Source: an uncultured Pelagibacteraceae bacterium
Lineage (GTDB): Bacteria; Pseudomonadota; Alphaproteobacteria; Pelagibacterales; Pelagibacteraceae
Assembly: GCA_902568855.1 (NCBI GenBank)
Contig: CACFSB010000001.1
Span: forward strand, 36,360-100,359
DNA length: 64,000 nt
Reading direction: 5' to 3'
Shown here: piece after piece, positions 1 through 10,005 of the stretch
Layout: each line of letters starts with the position of its first letter
How positions within the stretch are numbered: the first letter of the stretch is position 1
The notes under the pieces: model-generated
Databases searched by the model: none
What the model was told of the DNA's origin: nothing
What the model saw: the letters and a program-made list of their open reading frames with translations, nothing else
Made by a program: the position numbers and the translations under genes

Positions 1-14
1 TATTCTAAATTTGT

Positions 15-53
15 GAGGTGATGGAGGGAGACTGAAGTCACCTCTTTTTTTTT
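15..53 (+). terminator. Hairpin plus T9 tract (intrinsic terminator-like) immediately before the ATG at 54
   Basis: GAGGTGAT (15-22) pairs with GTCACCTC (37-44), followed by 9 T. Confidence 0.6.
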
Positions 54-254
54 ATGGCAGATAAAAAAATTAGATCAATAGCTAAAACTTTTTCTTGGAG
101 ATTTATCATTTTTGTTTATTGGGTAATTTTTGGATACATATACACTGGAACATTCACAGGTGCGGGTATACTCGGTGTTGGATCAATAGTTCCACTTTTT
201 TTTTACTATTTTCATGAGAGAATTTGGAACAAGGTTAAATGGGGAACTGGTTAA
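54..254 (+). CDS. DUF2061-family small membrane protein
   Basis: RSIAKTFSWR...YYFHERIW..V.WG pattern; two hydrophobic segments. Confidence 0.75.
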   Translation: MADKKIRSIAKTFSWRFIIFVYWVIFGYIYTGTFTGAGILGVGSIVPLFFYYFHERIWNKVKWGTG

Positions 255-256
255 TA

Positions 257-1093
257 TTAATTGATTGATAAGTATTCAAAAAAAGATCTAATCGATACAA
301 TAATTAAGAATATCCCAAAGATCTTACTCAATATATTTTTATCTATTTTATAAACTGCTTTTGCCCCTACTCTAGCCATTATCATTGTTACTGGCACGAA
401 AACTAGAAATCCAAGTAAATTCACATATCCAAAACTATAGGGTGTATTAATATTATCTACAATTTTACCTCCAGTAATCATTGTAATTGTACCAAATACA
501 GCAATTAGAAAACCAACTCCTGCTGCGGTTCCTATTGATCTCCTAATATCGTATCCAAAAGTTCTCATAAAAGGAACCATTAATGAACCACCACCAATCC
601 CCAGTAATACAGATATGAAACCTATAATAACTCCTGAAATATTTTTAGCTGAATCAGAAATCATTTTAGGATTTTTTAAAAGTTGTTCTCTAAAAAAGAT
701 AAAGAATAAACCAACTATAAAAGCCATAATGGAAAAGAATAAAACGAAAGCTGGTGTTTTTAAGTTTACTGCTAAAAATGTTCCTCCAATAACACCAAAT
801 AGAATGAATATACCAAAAGATTTTATCAACTTAAAATCAACTGCATCATACTCCATATGAGTTTTTGTTGATATGATTGAAGTTGGAATTATAATTGCTA
901 GTGATGTTCCAACTGAAAGATGCATTCTTGTTGCAATATCAAAATCTAAAACAGTAAAAGCATAATAAAGAGCAGGTACTATTATGATACCACCGCCAAC
1001 TCCTAATAAACCTGCCATAAAACCAGCAACTGAAGCTGCTAAAGATAAAACAAATAAAAGATTTATAATTTCATTTATGTCTAAAGTTTCCAT
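257..1093 (-). CDS. Sulfite exporter TauE/SafE (TSUP) family membrane protein
   Basis: Duplicated G(L)LG(V/I)GGG..VP motif; multiple TM helices. Confidence 0.85.
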   Translation of the reverse strand: METLDINEIINLLFVLSLAASVAGFMAGLLGVGGGIIIVPALYYAFTVLDFDIATRMHLSVGTSLAIIIPTSIISTKTHMEYDAVDFKLIKSFGIFILFGVIGGTFLAVNLKTPAFVLFFSIMAFIVGLFFIFFREQLLKNPKMISDSAKNISGVIIGFISVLLGIGGGSLMVPFMRTFGYDIRRSIGTAAGVGFLIAVFGTITMITGGKIVDNINTPYSFGYVNLLGFLVFVPVTMIMARVGAKAVYKIDKNILSKIFGIFLIIVSIRSFFEYLSIN

Positions 1094-2097
1094 TATGAGT
1101 TGGCCTGAATTGCCTTTTCATTATTCTGAACAATAGTCATAATATGTTTTGCTTTTTGAAAATCAGAGTCTCTTGCCATCATGTTGTCACTTAAATATCT
1201 TTTCCATTCTTTTGAACCAACTTGTCCGTGATATAAACCTACTGTATGTCTCATGATATGATTAATTTTTGTTCCTAATTTTACTTCTCTATCAGCATAC
1301 TCTAAAAGTCTTTCTACAACTTGTTCCCTTGTAGGACTTATCTTTGTCTTAAATATTTCTTTTTCAATTTCAATTAAAGAATACGGATTTTGATATATTG
1401 ATCTTCCTATCATTACTCCATCACAAAGCTTTAAATGATTATTTATTTCCTCAACTTTTGTGACTCCACCATTTATAATTATTTCTAAATTAGGATTTTC
1501 TTTTTTAATATCATAAACCATTTTATAGTTTAATTTTGGAATGTTTAAATTTTGTTTGGGAGATAAACCTGTCAAGATTGCTTTCCTTGCATGCAATATA
1601 AATGTTTTTGAACCAGCATCCTTCATTTTGTGAATAAAATTATTTAAATAATCAAATTCTTCTGTATCATCGAAACCAATTCTTGTCTTAGCTGTAACAG
1701 GAATTTTACATGCATTAACCATTGAATTAATACATTCAGCAACCAAATCAGGTTCTTTAATTAAACATGCACCAAATTTATTTTTTTGAACTTTTTTGCT
1801 AGGACAACCAAGATTAATATTAACTTCATCATAACCCATATCTTCTGCAATTTTAGCTACTTCTGCTAATTCTTCTTTATTAGATCCACCTACTTGTAGA
1901 GCCAATGGTTTTTCTTCAGGGCTAAAAGATAAAATTTTTTTTCTATCGCCATGAATTGCAGATTTTGTTGCAACCATCTCAGTATAGAGCATTACATTTT
2001 TGCTCATCAATCTTAAAAAGAAACGATCATGCCTATCAGTACAATCCATCATTGGGGCAACTGATATTTTTCTGTTTATTTTTTTTTTAGAATCCAA
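1093..2097 (-). CDS. dusA: tRNA dihydrouridine synthase DusA
   Basis: VAPMMD, NINLGCPS, HARKA, GVMIGR motifs. Confidence 0.9.
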   Translation of the reverse strand: MDSKKKINRKISVAPMMDCTDRHDRFFLRLMSKNVMLYTEMVATKSAIHGDRKKILSFSPEEKPLALQVGGSNKEELAEVAKIAEDMGYDEVNINLGCPSKKVQKNKFGACLIKEPDLVAECINSMVNACKIPVTAKTRIGFDDTEEFDYLNNFIHKMKDAGSKTFILHARKAILTGLSPKQNLNIPKLNYKMVYDIKKENPNLEIIINGGVTKVEEINNHLKLCDGVMIGRSIYQNPYSLIEIEKEIFKTKISPTREQVVERLLEYADREVKLGTKINHIMRHTVGLYHGQVGSKEWKRYLSDNMMARDSDFQKAKHIMTIVQNNEKAIQANS

Positions 2098-3418
2098 GGT
2101 CTTTACCCATTATTTTATCAGGTAACCATGTAACAATCTCAGGAAAAATACATAAAATTACTATAGCTAAAGCCATAATTATCATGAACGGTATAGATCC
2201 TTTTAATATTTCTGACAAACTAACGTCTGGGGTAATTCCTTTTATAATATAAAGATTTAATCCAACTGGTGGTGTAATTAAGCCAATCTCCATATTGATT
2301 GTAAATACTATTGCAAACCAATATGGGTCAAAACCTAAAGTAGTAATAACTGGCAGTAATATAGCTGAAGTCATTACAATAACCGCAACTGGCGGTAAAA
2401 AGAAACCAGCTATTAAAAGAAATATGTTTATTAGAATGAACACAACCCATTTGTTAGAGCTTAATTCGACCATGCTCTGTGCTAATGACTGAGTTACATA
2501 CAGTTGTGATAGAGTGAATGCAAAAAGATATGAGGCAGCGATAATGAACATTATCATTACACTTTCTTTCATAGAAACTTTAACAATGTTCCAAATCTTC
2601 TTTGGCTGATAAATTTTGTAAACAACAGCAATTAATACGAAAACTAAGAATGCCCCCACTCCAGATGCCTCAGATGGTGTTGCAACTCCTCCATAAAGTA
2701 CATATAGAACTCCTGCTATAATCGCCAAGAAAGGAAGAATTCTTGGTAAAACTTCAAGTTTTTCTTTTAGAGTTGGTCTTACTCTATTTCTTAAAGCTTT
2801 TGCTGCATCTTTATCAATAAAATAACTGTGTATCAGAGCCCATATCGCAAACATACCTGCCAACATAAAACCTGGCACAAGACCACATAAAAATAATCTT
2901 CCAATAGATGTACCTGTTGCAATTCCATAAACTATTAAAACAATACTAGGTGGAATTAAAACTCCTAAAGTTCCACCTGCTGCAATGGTTCCTGTTGCGA
3001 TTTGATCAGAATAACCTCTTTTTCTCATTTCAGGTATTCCCATTGTTCCAATCGCTGCACAAGTTGCTGGACTAGAACCACTTAAAGCTGCAAAAATTGA
3101 ACAAGCTCCGATATTTGAAATCACCAATCCACCTGGTACTCTCCAAAGCCATCTATCTAATCCTGTGTATAAATCTTTTCCAGCAGGAGAGTTAGCAACA
3201 GCCATTCCCATTAAAATAAACATTGGTATAGAAAGTAAAACAAAAGAGTTTAATCCTGCAAAAAATGTTTCAGCAAAGACATCAAGCATTTGAAAACCCT
3301 CAAATGTAACCAAAAGAGCTATTGAAACAAAACTCAAACCAAAAGCAATTGGAATTCCCGAAAAAAGTACCAATAAAGTAAAAACTGCAACAATTAATGC
3401 TATTATCAATGGATCCAT
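2087..3418 (-). CDS. TRAP transporter large permease (DctM family)
   Basis: SGSSPAT, GTLGVLIPPS, TPSEA, GLITPPVGLNL motifs. Confidence 0.92.
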   Translation of the reverse strand: MDPLIIALIVAVFTLLVLFSGIPIAFGLSFVSIALLVTFEGFQMLDVFAETFFAGLNSFVLLSIPMFILMGMAVANSPAGKDLYTGLDRWLWRVPGGLVISNIGACSIFAALSGSSPATCAAIGTMGIPEMRKRGYSDQIATGTIAAGGTLGVLIPPSIVLIVYGIATGTSIGRLFLCGLVPGFMLAGMFAIWALIHSYFIDKDAAKALRNRVRPTLKEKLEVLPRILPFLAIIAGVLYVLYGGVATPSEASGVGAFLVFVLIAVVYKIYQPKKIWNIVKVSMKESVMIMFIIAASYLFAFTLSQLYVTQSLAQSMVELSSNKWVVFILINIFLLIAGFFLPPVAVIVMTSAILLPVITTLGFDPYWFAIVFTINMEIGLITPPVGLNLYIIKGITPDVSLSEILKGSIPFMIIMALAIVILCIFPEIVTWLPDKIMGKDLGF

Positions 3419-3913
3419 TTATTTAAAATCCTCTTCATCAGTTAATTTTATAATTTCTGCGATATACTGTAATATCATCAATAAAGCCCCTAACATCATT
3501 GATGAATATGGTATCCATAATGGTGGATCCCACACAGTCCCTGTTGAATAATTTTTGGTAAATGCTTCCTCGAACATTAAGAATCCAAAATAAAATAAAA
3601 TTAAGAAAAATAATAAACTAATAGAGGATGTAAATATTTTTAATCTAATGATATTTTTTTTGGATAAAAAATCATAAATCCATTCCATGCTCACATGAGC
3701 TTTTTCACTTAGGACGTACACACTTCCTATAAAAGTTGAAGCAACTAACAACATAGTTACAAGTTCTGTTTGCCATGTAATTGCTCTTTGAAAAAAATAT
3801 CTTTCAAAAACAAGCTCAACAATTACTAAAATTGATAATAGCAATGCTAATACTGCAAAAGCACCACATGCTTTAGCGATTAGATCGCAAAATTGAAGAT
3901 ACTTTTTTTTCAT
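3419..3913 (-). CDS. TRAP transporter small permease (DctQ family)
   Basis: 4 TM, W..EL and HV motifs, lies between DctP and DctM genes. Confidence 0.88.
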   Translation of the reverse strand: MKKKYLQFCDLIAKACGAFAVLALLLSILVIVELVFERYFFQRAITWQTELVTMLLVASTFIGSVYVLSEKAHVSMEWIYDFLSKKNIIRLKIFTSSISLLFFLILFYFGFLMFEEAFTKNYSTGTVWDPPLWIPYSSMMLGALLMILQYIAEIIKLTDEEDFK

Positions 3914-3950
3914 AAAAAAAACCCCTATTTAATAAGAATAAATAGGGGTT
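3914..3950 (-). terminator. Hairpin plus T tract between the binding-protein gene and dctQ
   Basis: 12-bp inverted repeat 3920-3931 / 3939-3950, followed on the minus strand by a T run ending at the dctQ ATG. Confidence 0.7.
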
Positions 3951-3964
3951 CTTTATATATTATT

Positions 3965-4975
3965 TTATTTAACTGCTAAAGCCATTTCCATTAGCTTATC
4001 GCCACCTGGAACTTTATCAGCAAATGCTTTATGAGAAGATTTCTTCGCAATCTCTACCCATGCAGCATGGTCTTTTGCATCCATGTATACTAATTTTACA
4101 CCTGCAGCTTTGTAAGCATCTTCAAACTTTTTATCTAAGTTTTCTACTTGAGCTGTCATGTATTTTTCAGCAACTTTTCCAGCCTTCATTAAAGCTTTTT
4201 GCTGCTTAGAATTTAAAGCATCAAAAGACTTTTTAGACATTAAAATTGGCTCATACATAAACCATAGACCAAATTTTCCTGGAGGAGTTGCACATGAAAC
4301 TTGTTCATAAATTTTGTAACTTACAAAACTTCCTGAACTTGTGTTAGCACCTGTTAGTACACCAGTTTGTAAACCTGTGTAAATTTCAGATGAAGGCATA
4401 CTTTGTATACCAGCTCCAGCTGCTTCTAACATTTGGTTAAATGCTTTTCCAGCAGCTCTCATAACTTGACCTTTTGCATCGCTAGGATTTTTTATACATT
4501 TTGTTTTTGAGGCAAATCCACCACCTAACCAAGCATCAGATAAAACTACAACACCAGCATCATTAATGATTTTTTTAATTTCAGTCATCATTGGACCTTT
4601 GTTAAATCTTAATGCGTGATCATGATTTTTTACTGTTCCAGGCATTAAAGTTGCATCAAATTCTGGATGAAATTTAGAAGCATATGCTAATGGAAAAGCA
4701 GAAATATCTAATTGACCAGTTGTCATTGGTTTCCACTGTTCTTTTGGTTTGTATAATGATTTAGCTGGGTAAATTCTAATATCTACTCCAACGTTTGCTT
4801 TTTTAACCTCGTCAGCAATGATTTGAACCATTTCATGACGTGGGTCATAAGATCCATCAGCTCTTGGTGTACCAGGCCATTGGTGACTTGCTTTCAGCGT
4901 AACTGCATAAGCAGAACCAATAGTAGTAAAAACAAAAACTAATGAAGTTAAATATAAAGATATCTTTTTTAACAT
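3965..4975 (-). CDS. TRAP substrate-binding protein (DctP family), resembles HpsK-type sulfonate (DHPS) binders
   Basis: Signal peptide; SHQW, LMPG.VKNHDHA, RAAGKAF, ANTSS.SFVSY, LWFMY; substrate call is from recalled similarity only. Confidence 0.85.
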   Translation of the reverse strand: MLKKISLYLTSLVFVFTTIGSAYAVTLKASHQWPGTPRADGSYDPRHEMVQIIADEVKKANVGVDIRIYPAKSLYKPKEQWKPMTTGQLDISAFPLAYASKFHPEFDATLMPGTVKNHDHALRFNKGPMMTEIKKIINDAGVVVLSDAWLGGGFASKTKCIKNPSDAKGQVMRAAGKAFNQMLEAAGAGIQSMPSSEIYTGLQTGVLTGANTSSGSFVSYKIYEQVSCATPPGKFGLWFMYEPILMSKKSFDALNSKQQKALMKAGKVAEKYMTAQVENLDKKFEDAYKAAGVKLVYMDAKDHAAWVEIAKKSSHKAFADKVPGGDKLMEMALAVK

Positions 4976-5070
4976 TATTTTTTCCCTCTATTGTTATTTT
5001 TAATAATTGAATTAAAGTGAACTTATTAATAAGAGTCAAGTCGACAAAAACTCATGATATATATAATTAT

Positions 5071-6213
5071 ATGGATGGACCTTTAAAAAACCTACTAGTA
5101 GTTGATTTAACAAGGGTATTAGTGGGTCCTTACTGTACTATGATACTATCAGATCTTGGTGCAAGAGTAATTAAAGTTGAGGCACCAGAAATAGGAGATG
5201 ACTCAAGAAAATTTGGACCATTCATAAAAGATTACTCAGCTTATTTTATGTCTTTGAATAGAGGTAAAGAGAGTATTGCTCTGAATTTAAAGAACACTGA
5301 TGATAAAAAAATTTTTGATAAAATTTTATCTAAAGCAGATATTTTAGTTGAAAATTTTAAACCAGGTACTTTGGAAAAATGGGGTTACGGTTGGAAAGAT
5401 GTAAATAAAAAATATCCTAAATTAATTTATGCATCTGCTTCTGGATTTGGTCAAACCGGTCCTCTCAAAGAATTGCCTGCTTACGATATGGTTGTGCAAG
5501 GCATGGGTGGATTAATGAGTGTAACTGGACAACCTAATTCTGAACCAACTAGAGTTGGGACATCAATTGGTGACATCACAGCTGGGTTGTTTACAGCAAT
5601 TGGAATTAATGCAGCTCTTTATGATAGACAAAAAACAGGTAAGGGAATGTATATAGATGTTTCGATGCTAGATTGTCAAATAGCAATTTTAGAAAATGCT
5701 ATAGCTCGTTACTTAGCAAAAAATGAAATTCCAAAACCAATGGGTTCACGTCATCCATCAATTGCACCTTTCGAAGCTTTTAAAACAAAAGATAGTTACA
5801 TTATTATTGCTGCTGGAAACGATAGATTATTCGAAAAACTTTGTGAACTTTTAGCAATGCCTGAGATGAGCAAAGATCCAAAATTTTCTAACAATTCATC
5901 TAGATCTAAATATATGGATGAACTTAAAAATATACTTGAGAAAAAATTAGTTTCTAGGTCCACTAGTGAATGGGTTAAAGATATGGAAAAAGAAAAAATT
6001 CCATGTGGTCCAATATTTAATATTAAAGAAGCAGTCGAAAATCCTCAAGTAGATGCAAGAAATATGATTGTTAAAGCGTTTCATAAAGAAATTGGAGATT
6101 TTAAACTAGCAGGTAATCCAATTAAAATGTCTTCTTATAAAGACGAAAAAACTAGAGGTGATATCCCTGATTTAGATGAACATAGGGAAAAAATTTTAAA
6201 AGAATTTAATTAA
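5071..6213 (+). CDS. Family III CoA-transferase (CaiB/BaiF)
   Basis: DLTRVLVGP, DLGARVIKVE, NRGKES, ENFKPG, AYD motifs; ATG at 5071 fits family N-terminus better than GTG at 5017. Confidence 0.88.
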   Translation: MDGPLKNLLVVDLTRVLVGPYCTMILSDLGARVIKVEAPEIGDDSRKFGPFIKDYSAYFMSLNRGKESIALNLKNTDDKKIFDKILSKADILVENFKPGTLEKWGYGWKDVNKKYPKLIYASASGFGQTGPLKELPAYDMVVQGMGGLMSVTGQPNSEPTRVGTSIGDITAGLFTAIGINAALYDRQKTGKGMYIDVSMLDCQIAILENAIARYLAKNEIPKPMGSRHPSIAPFEAFKTKDSYIIIAAGNDRLFEKLCELLAMPEMSKDPKFSNNSSRSKYMDELKNILEKKLVSRSTSEWVKDMEKEKIPCGPIFNIKEAVENPQVDARNMIVKAFHKEIGDFKLAGNPIKMSSYKDEKTRGDIPDLDEHREKILKEFN

Positions 6214-6218
6214 TTGTT

Positions 6219-6743
6219 CTATATCTCGTTTGAAGTGTCTTGCTCGCTAGCTTGACTTTCTGACTCAGTTACTTCATCCAAAGAAACATCACCTTGCTCA
6301 TCACCTGTTTCATCTGTTGGTGCGGTATCAATGTCTGGCTTAGCTGTTTGAGAAAGTTCAGCTAAATCCTCATTTGAAACTTGAATTTTCTCTGGAGTTT
6401 TTCTTGCTCTCTTAGACGGTAGAATAGGTGTACCACTTTTTGAAATTTCACCCTTATATAAACTCTCAAAGTCATCACCTACATCTTCATCATCTTCCAC
6501 ACCATCATCAACCTGTTCTACATGCTTTCTTAATTTGTAAACTGCACTTTCGGTAAGTTCATTTACCTTAATATTTTCTTCTGCAATTTCTCTTAGGGCA
6601 ATAACTGTATTCTTGTCATTATCTCTATCTAAAGTTGGCTCTATTCCAGTATTAAGTTGAGTTGCTCTTTCTTTAGCAACCAAAACTAATTCGTAAGGAC
6701 TTTCTACTTTATCAATGCAATCTTCTACTGTTACTCTAGCCAT
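6219..6743 (-). CDS. rpoZ: RNA polymerase omega subunit with long acidic C-terminal tail
   Basis: MARVTVEDC...[12 protein letters not shown]. Confidence 0.95.
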   Translation of the reverse strand: MARVTVEDCIDKVESPYELVLVAKERATQLNTGIEPTLDRDNDKNTVIALREIAEENIKVNELTESAVYKLRKHVEQVDDGVEDDEDVGDDFESLYKGEISKSGTPILPSKRARKTPEKIQVSNEDLAELSQTAKPDIDTAPTDETGDEQGDVSLDEVTESESQASEQDTSNEI

Positions 6744-6786
6744 GCGGAGTATCTATACAGTGAACTTTAAAAAATCAAGGAGAATT

Positions 6787-7992
6787 TTATAAATATTTGG
6801 GATTTAGCTTATTTCTAACAAAAAATAACAAGACGGCAGCTATTGTAATATAGATAAATGATACAAGAGCAACCTGCTTTATCGAAAATCCTGCATCAAT
6901 TAAAAGGCCAAATAATGCAGTACCAAAAGCCGTTGAAAAAACCATTAATGCTGTAGTTAAAGCTTTTATTGAACCAATATATCTAACGCCATAAATTTCT
7001 GCCCATGTTGATGAGCCTAATACGTTAGCAAGTCCATTGGATATACCAATTAAACCCAGAAATAAGAAAGCTGAAAATGAAAGATCAAAATACATTAAAA
7101 CTAAAGTTGACATTAACAACGGAATATTCATGAAAATAAGTAATTTTCTGCTAGTGAATTTATCAATTAAGAAACCTGCAACTAGTAAAGTTATTACTGA
7201 TAAAACAGAATAAACCATAAAAGATTGGGCAATGACATAAGCACCCCACCCTTTAGACTCTGTAATAAAAGATTGATAAACAAAAACACCAGTTGCAATC
7301 CACGGCATTGCTAACATATTTAAACAAATTATATAAAATCGATAGTCTTTAAGAACTTCAATTCTTTTCCATTGTTTTATTTTCTGATTGAATTCTTGTT
7401 GGTTAGTTTCTTCCCTAGATTCAAAGTTCAAATTTTTAACCAGAACAAATGAAGTAATTGGAAGAAATATTAACACTAATATTGATATATATATCCATAA
7501 ATTTTGCCAAGAAGTAATAGTAAGTAAATATACAATTAAAACAGGTAATATAAATTCAGCAGTAGAAAGACCGAACCAACTTGTGCTTAAAGCTTTTCCT
7601 CTAGATTTTGTAAAATATCTGGAGATTGTTGTTGTTGCAGTATGTGACATCATTCCTTGGCCTGAAAATCTCATTAGAAAAATTGCAATAAACAAAAAAG
7701 TTATTGAGTAAATCTTTGAAAAGAAAAAACATGAAAAAGATAAAAGTATTGTTACAAAAAATGCAAATTTGAAAATATTGATATCATCTATTTTTTTTCC
7801 AACCCAAATTAATAAAAAACTACTTAATAAAGTTGCCGATGCATAAATTGTTCCAAATTGTCCCTGACTGATAGATAATGCTTCTCGTATGCTTGAATTA
7901 AAAAGACCAAGAAAAAAACTCTGTCCAAAACTAGAAAAAAATGTAAATATAAAACCAAATATAATTACTTTTAAACTTAAACTTTTAAACAT
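6787..7992 (-). CDS. MFS transporter
   Basis: About 12 TM, G..ID motif-A-like repeats, SSFGQS N-terminus. Confidence 0.85.
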   Translation of the reverse strand: MFKSLSLKVIIFGFIFTFFSSFGQSFFLGLFNSSIREALSISQGQFGTIYASATLLSSFLLIWVGKKIDDINIFKFAFFVTILLSFSCFFFSKIYSITFLFIAIFLMRFSGQGMMSHTATTTISRYFTKSRGKALSTSWFGLSTAEFILPVLIVYLLTITSWQNLWIYISILVLIFLPITSFVLVKNLNFESREETNQQEFNQKIKQWKRIEVLKDYRFYIICLNMLAMPWIATGVFVYQSFITESKGWGAYVIAQSFMVYSVLSVITLLVAGFLIDKFTSRKLLIFMNIPLLMSTLVLMYFDLSFSAFLFLGLIGISNGLANVLGSSTWAEIYGVRYIGSIKALTTALMVFSTAFGTALFGLLIDAGFSIKQVALVSFIYITIAAVLLFFVRNKLNPKYL

Positions 7993-8003
7993 TTTAAAAA
8001 ATT

Positions 8004-8873
8004 ATGACTTGTAACGTTGCTTTCATAGGTCTTGGTGTCATGGGTTATCCAATGGCTGGTTATATATCAAAAGGTGGACACAATGTAACTGTTTTTAACA
8101 GAACAAAATCCAAAGCTGAAAAATGGATTAAAGAATATAAAGGTAATATGGCTAGCACTCCAGCTGAGGCTGCTAAGAACGCTGAATTTGTTTTTACATG
8201 TGTTGGAAATGATGATGATTTGTCTGAGGTCACAATCGGAAAGGAAGGAATTTATAATACTATTAAAAAAGGTGCTGTGCATGTTGATAACACTACTGCA
8301 TCAGCTGAAATTGCGAGAAAACTTTATAAAAACTCAAAAGCACATGGTTGGGGTTTTTTAGACGCGCCTGTATCAGGTGGTCAAGCAGGAGCTGAGAATG
8401 GTGCACTAACAGTAATGATCGGTGGGGACCAATCTGATTTTGAAAAAGCAAAAGATAAAATTGATTGTTATAGTAAAAAAATGAAATTACTTGGTGATGC
8501 TGGTTGTGGACAGTTAGCTAAGATGGTAAATCAAATTTGTATAGCAGGTCTTGTGCAAGGTTTGTCTGAGGGAATAAACTTTGGGATTAAAGCTGGATTA
8601 AACATGGAAGATGTTATTGAAGTTATCTCTAAAGGTGCAGCTCAATCTTGGCAAATGGAGAATAGATATAAAACAATGATAGATGATAAGTTTGATTTTG
8701 GTTTTGCAGTAGATTGGATGAGAAAAGATTTAAAGATTGCAATGGAAGAAGCCAAAAATAATGGCTCATTATTACCTGTCACTGAACTTGTTGATAAATA
8801 TTATGGTGAAGTACAAGGAATGGGTGGCAATCGTTGGGATACCTCAAGCTTAATAAAAAGATTTAGAAAGTAA
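8004..8873 (+). CDS. NAD(P)-dependent beta-hydroxyacid dehydrogenase (3-hydroxyisobutyrate DH/GlxR family)
   Basis: FIGLGVMG, FLDAPVSGG, KMVNQ. Confidence 0.9.
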   Translation: MTCNVAFIGLGVMGYPMAGYISKGGHNVTVFNRTKSKAEKWIKEYKGNMASTPAEAAKNAEFVFTCVGNDDDLSEVTIGKEGIYNTIKKGAVHVDNTTASAEIARKLYKNSKAHGWGFLDAPVSGGQAGAENGALTVMIGGDQSDFEKAKDKIDCYSKKMKLLGDAGCGQLAKMVNQICIAGLVQGLSEGINFGIKAGLNMEDVIEVISKGAAQSWQMENRYKTMIDDKFDFGFAVDWMRKDLKIAMEEAKNNGSLLPVTELVDKYYGEVQGMGGNRWDTSSLIKRFRK

Positions 8874-8876
8874 AGT

Positions 8877-9476
8877 ATGCAGCCAGCATACTATGAAGAT
8901 TTTGGTGAAATTCAAAATAAATATTGGTCTATGTTAGATGACGCTGTGACTAATAGGGGCTCACCATTTAGAATTCCTGTTTTTATTTGTGCTCACCAAA
9001 ATGAAGTTGATGGCAGAATTGTTGTTTTACGTAAATCAGATAGAAAAAATAATCTATTACAATTTCACACTGATTTAAGATCTCCAAAAGTAGATATTCT
9101 TAAAAAAAATAGGAATGCTTCTTTAGTTTTTTACGATAAAGAGGAAAAGATACAGTTGAGAGTTAAAGTAGAATGTGAAGTTAATAATCAAAATACTACG
9201 ACAGAGGAATCTTGGAAAAAAACTCAACATATAAGCAGACGCTGTTATTTGACTGATAGTCCTCCAGGATCTAAATCGAATAATCCAACATCAGGAATGA
9301 TATCTAAATTAGAAGATTTTGATTATACAATGGAACAAAGTGAGGAAGGTTATAAAAACTTTACTGTGATTAAATGTAAAATTAAATCTATTGAATGGCT
9401 ATATCTTGCAGCAAAGGGACATCGAAGAGCTAAGTTTGATTTAGAGACAAACAAGAATAATTGGTTAGTTCCTTAA
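8877..9476 (+). CDS. Pyridoxamine 5'-phosphate oxidase-like FMN-binding protein
   Basis: [23 protein letters not shown]...GHRRA. Confidence 0.8.
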   Translation: MQPAYYEDFGEIQNKYWSMLDDAVTNRGSPFRIPVFICAHQNEVDGRIVVLRKSDRKNNLLQFHTDLRSPKVDILKKNRNASLVFYDKEEKIQLRVKVECEVNNQNTTTEESWKKTQHISRRCYLTDSPPGSKSNNPTSGMISKLEDFDYTMEQSEEGYKNFTVIKCKIKSIEWLYLAAKGHRRAKFDLETNKNNWLVP

Positions 9477-9985
9477 AAGACAGATTTGGAATATCTTTTC
9501 CAATTGTCTTGATAGTGTTTCGTATTCTCAATAATTGCTTTTTTTTCTTCCTCAGTAATTTCTCTTACAACTTTTCCAGGTGAACCAATAACTAGGGAGT
9601 TGTCTGGGATCTCTTTGTTTTCTGTGATTAATGCTTTCGCTCCAATAAGACAGTTTTTTCCAATCTTTGCGTTATTTAAAATTACTGCTCCAATACCAAT
9701 TAAACTATTATCTCCTATTGTACATCCATGAAGCATAACCATATGTCCAACAGTAACATTTTTTCCAACCTTTAAAGGATAACCAGGATCTGTATGTAAA
9801 ACACTTCCATCTTGAATATTGGAACCCTCACCAATATGAATATTTTCTAGGTCGCCTCTTAAGGTTGCATTAAACCAAATACTAGAATTTTTTTCTAAGG
9901 TAACATCACCTATGATAGTTGCATTTGGTGCTACCCAATTTTCGCCAGAGTTTTTTGGTTTTTTATCTTTTAAATCGTAAAACAT
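9473..9985 (-). CDS. Gamma carbonic anhydrase family protein
   Basis: Hexapeptide repeats, LRGD, NIQD, VGH..LHGC. Confidence 0.9.
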   Translation of the reverse strand: MFYDLKDKKPKNSGENWVAPNATIIGDVTLEKNSSIWFNATLRGDLENIHIGEGSNIQDGSVLHTDPGYPLKVGKNVTVGHMVMLHGCTIGDNSLIGIGAVILNNAKIGKNCLIGAKALITENKEIPDNSLVIGSPGKVVREITEEEKKAIIENTKHYQDNWKRYSKSVF

Positions 9986-10005
9986 AATTTATATATTATT
10001 ACATT

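Noticed and set aside
15-53. Known riboswitch (glycine, fluoride, SAM-V, TPP)
   Set aside because: Too short and lacks the required conserved elements as far as visible; upstream context is cut by the window edge
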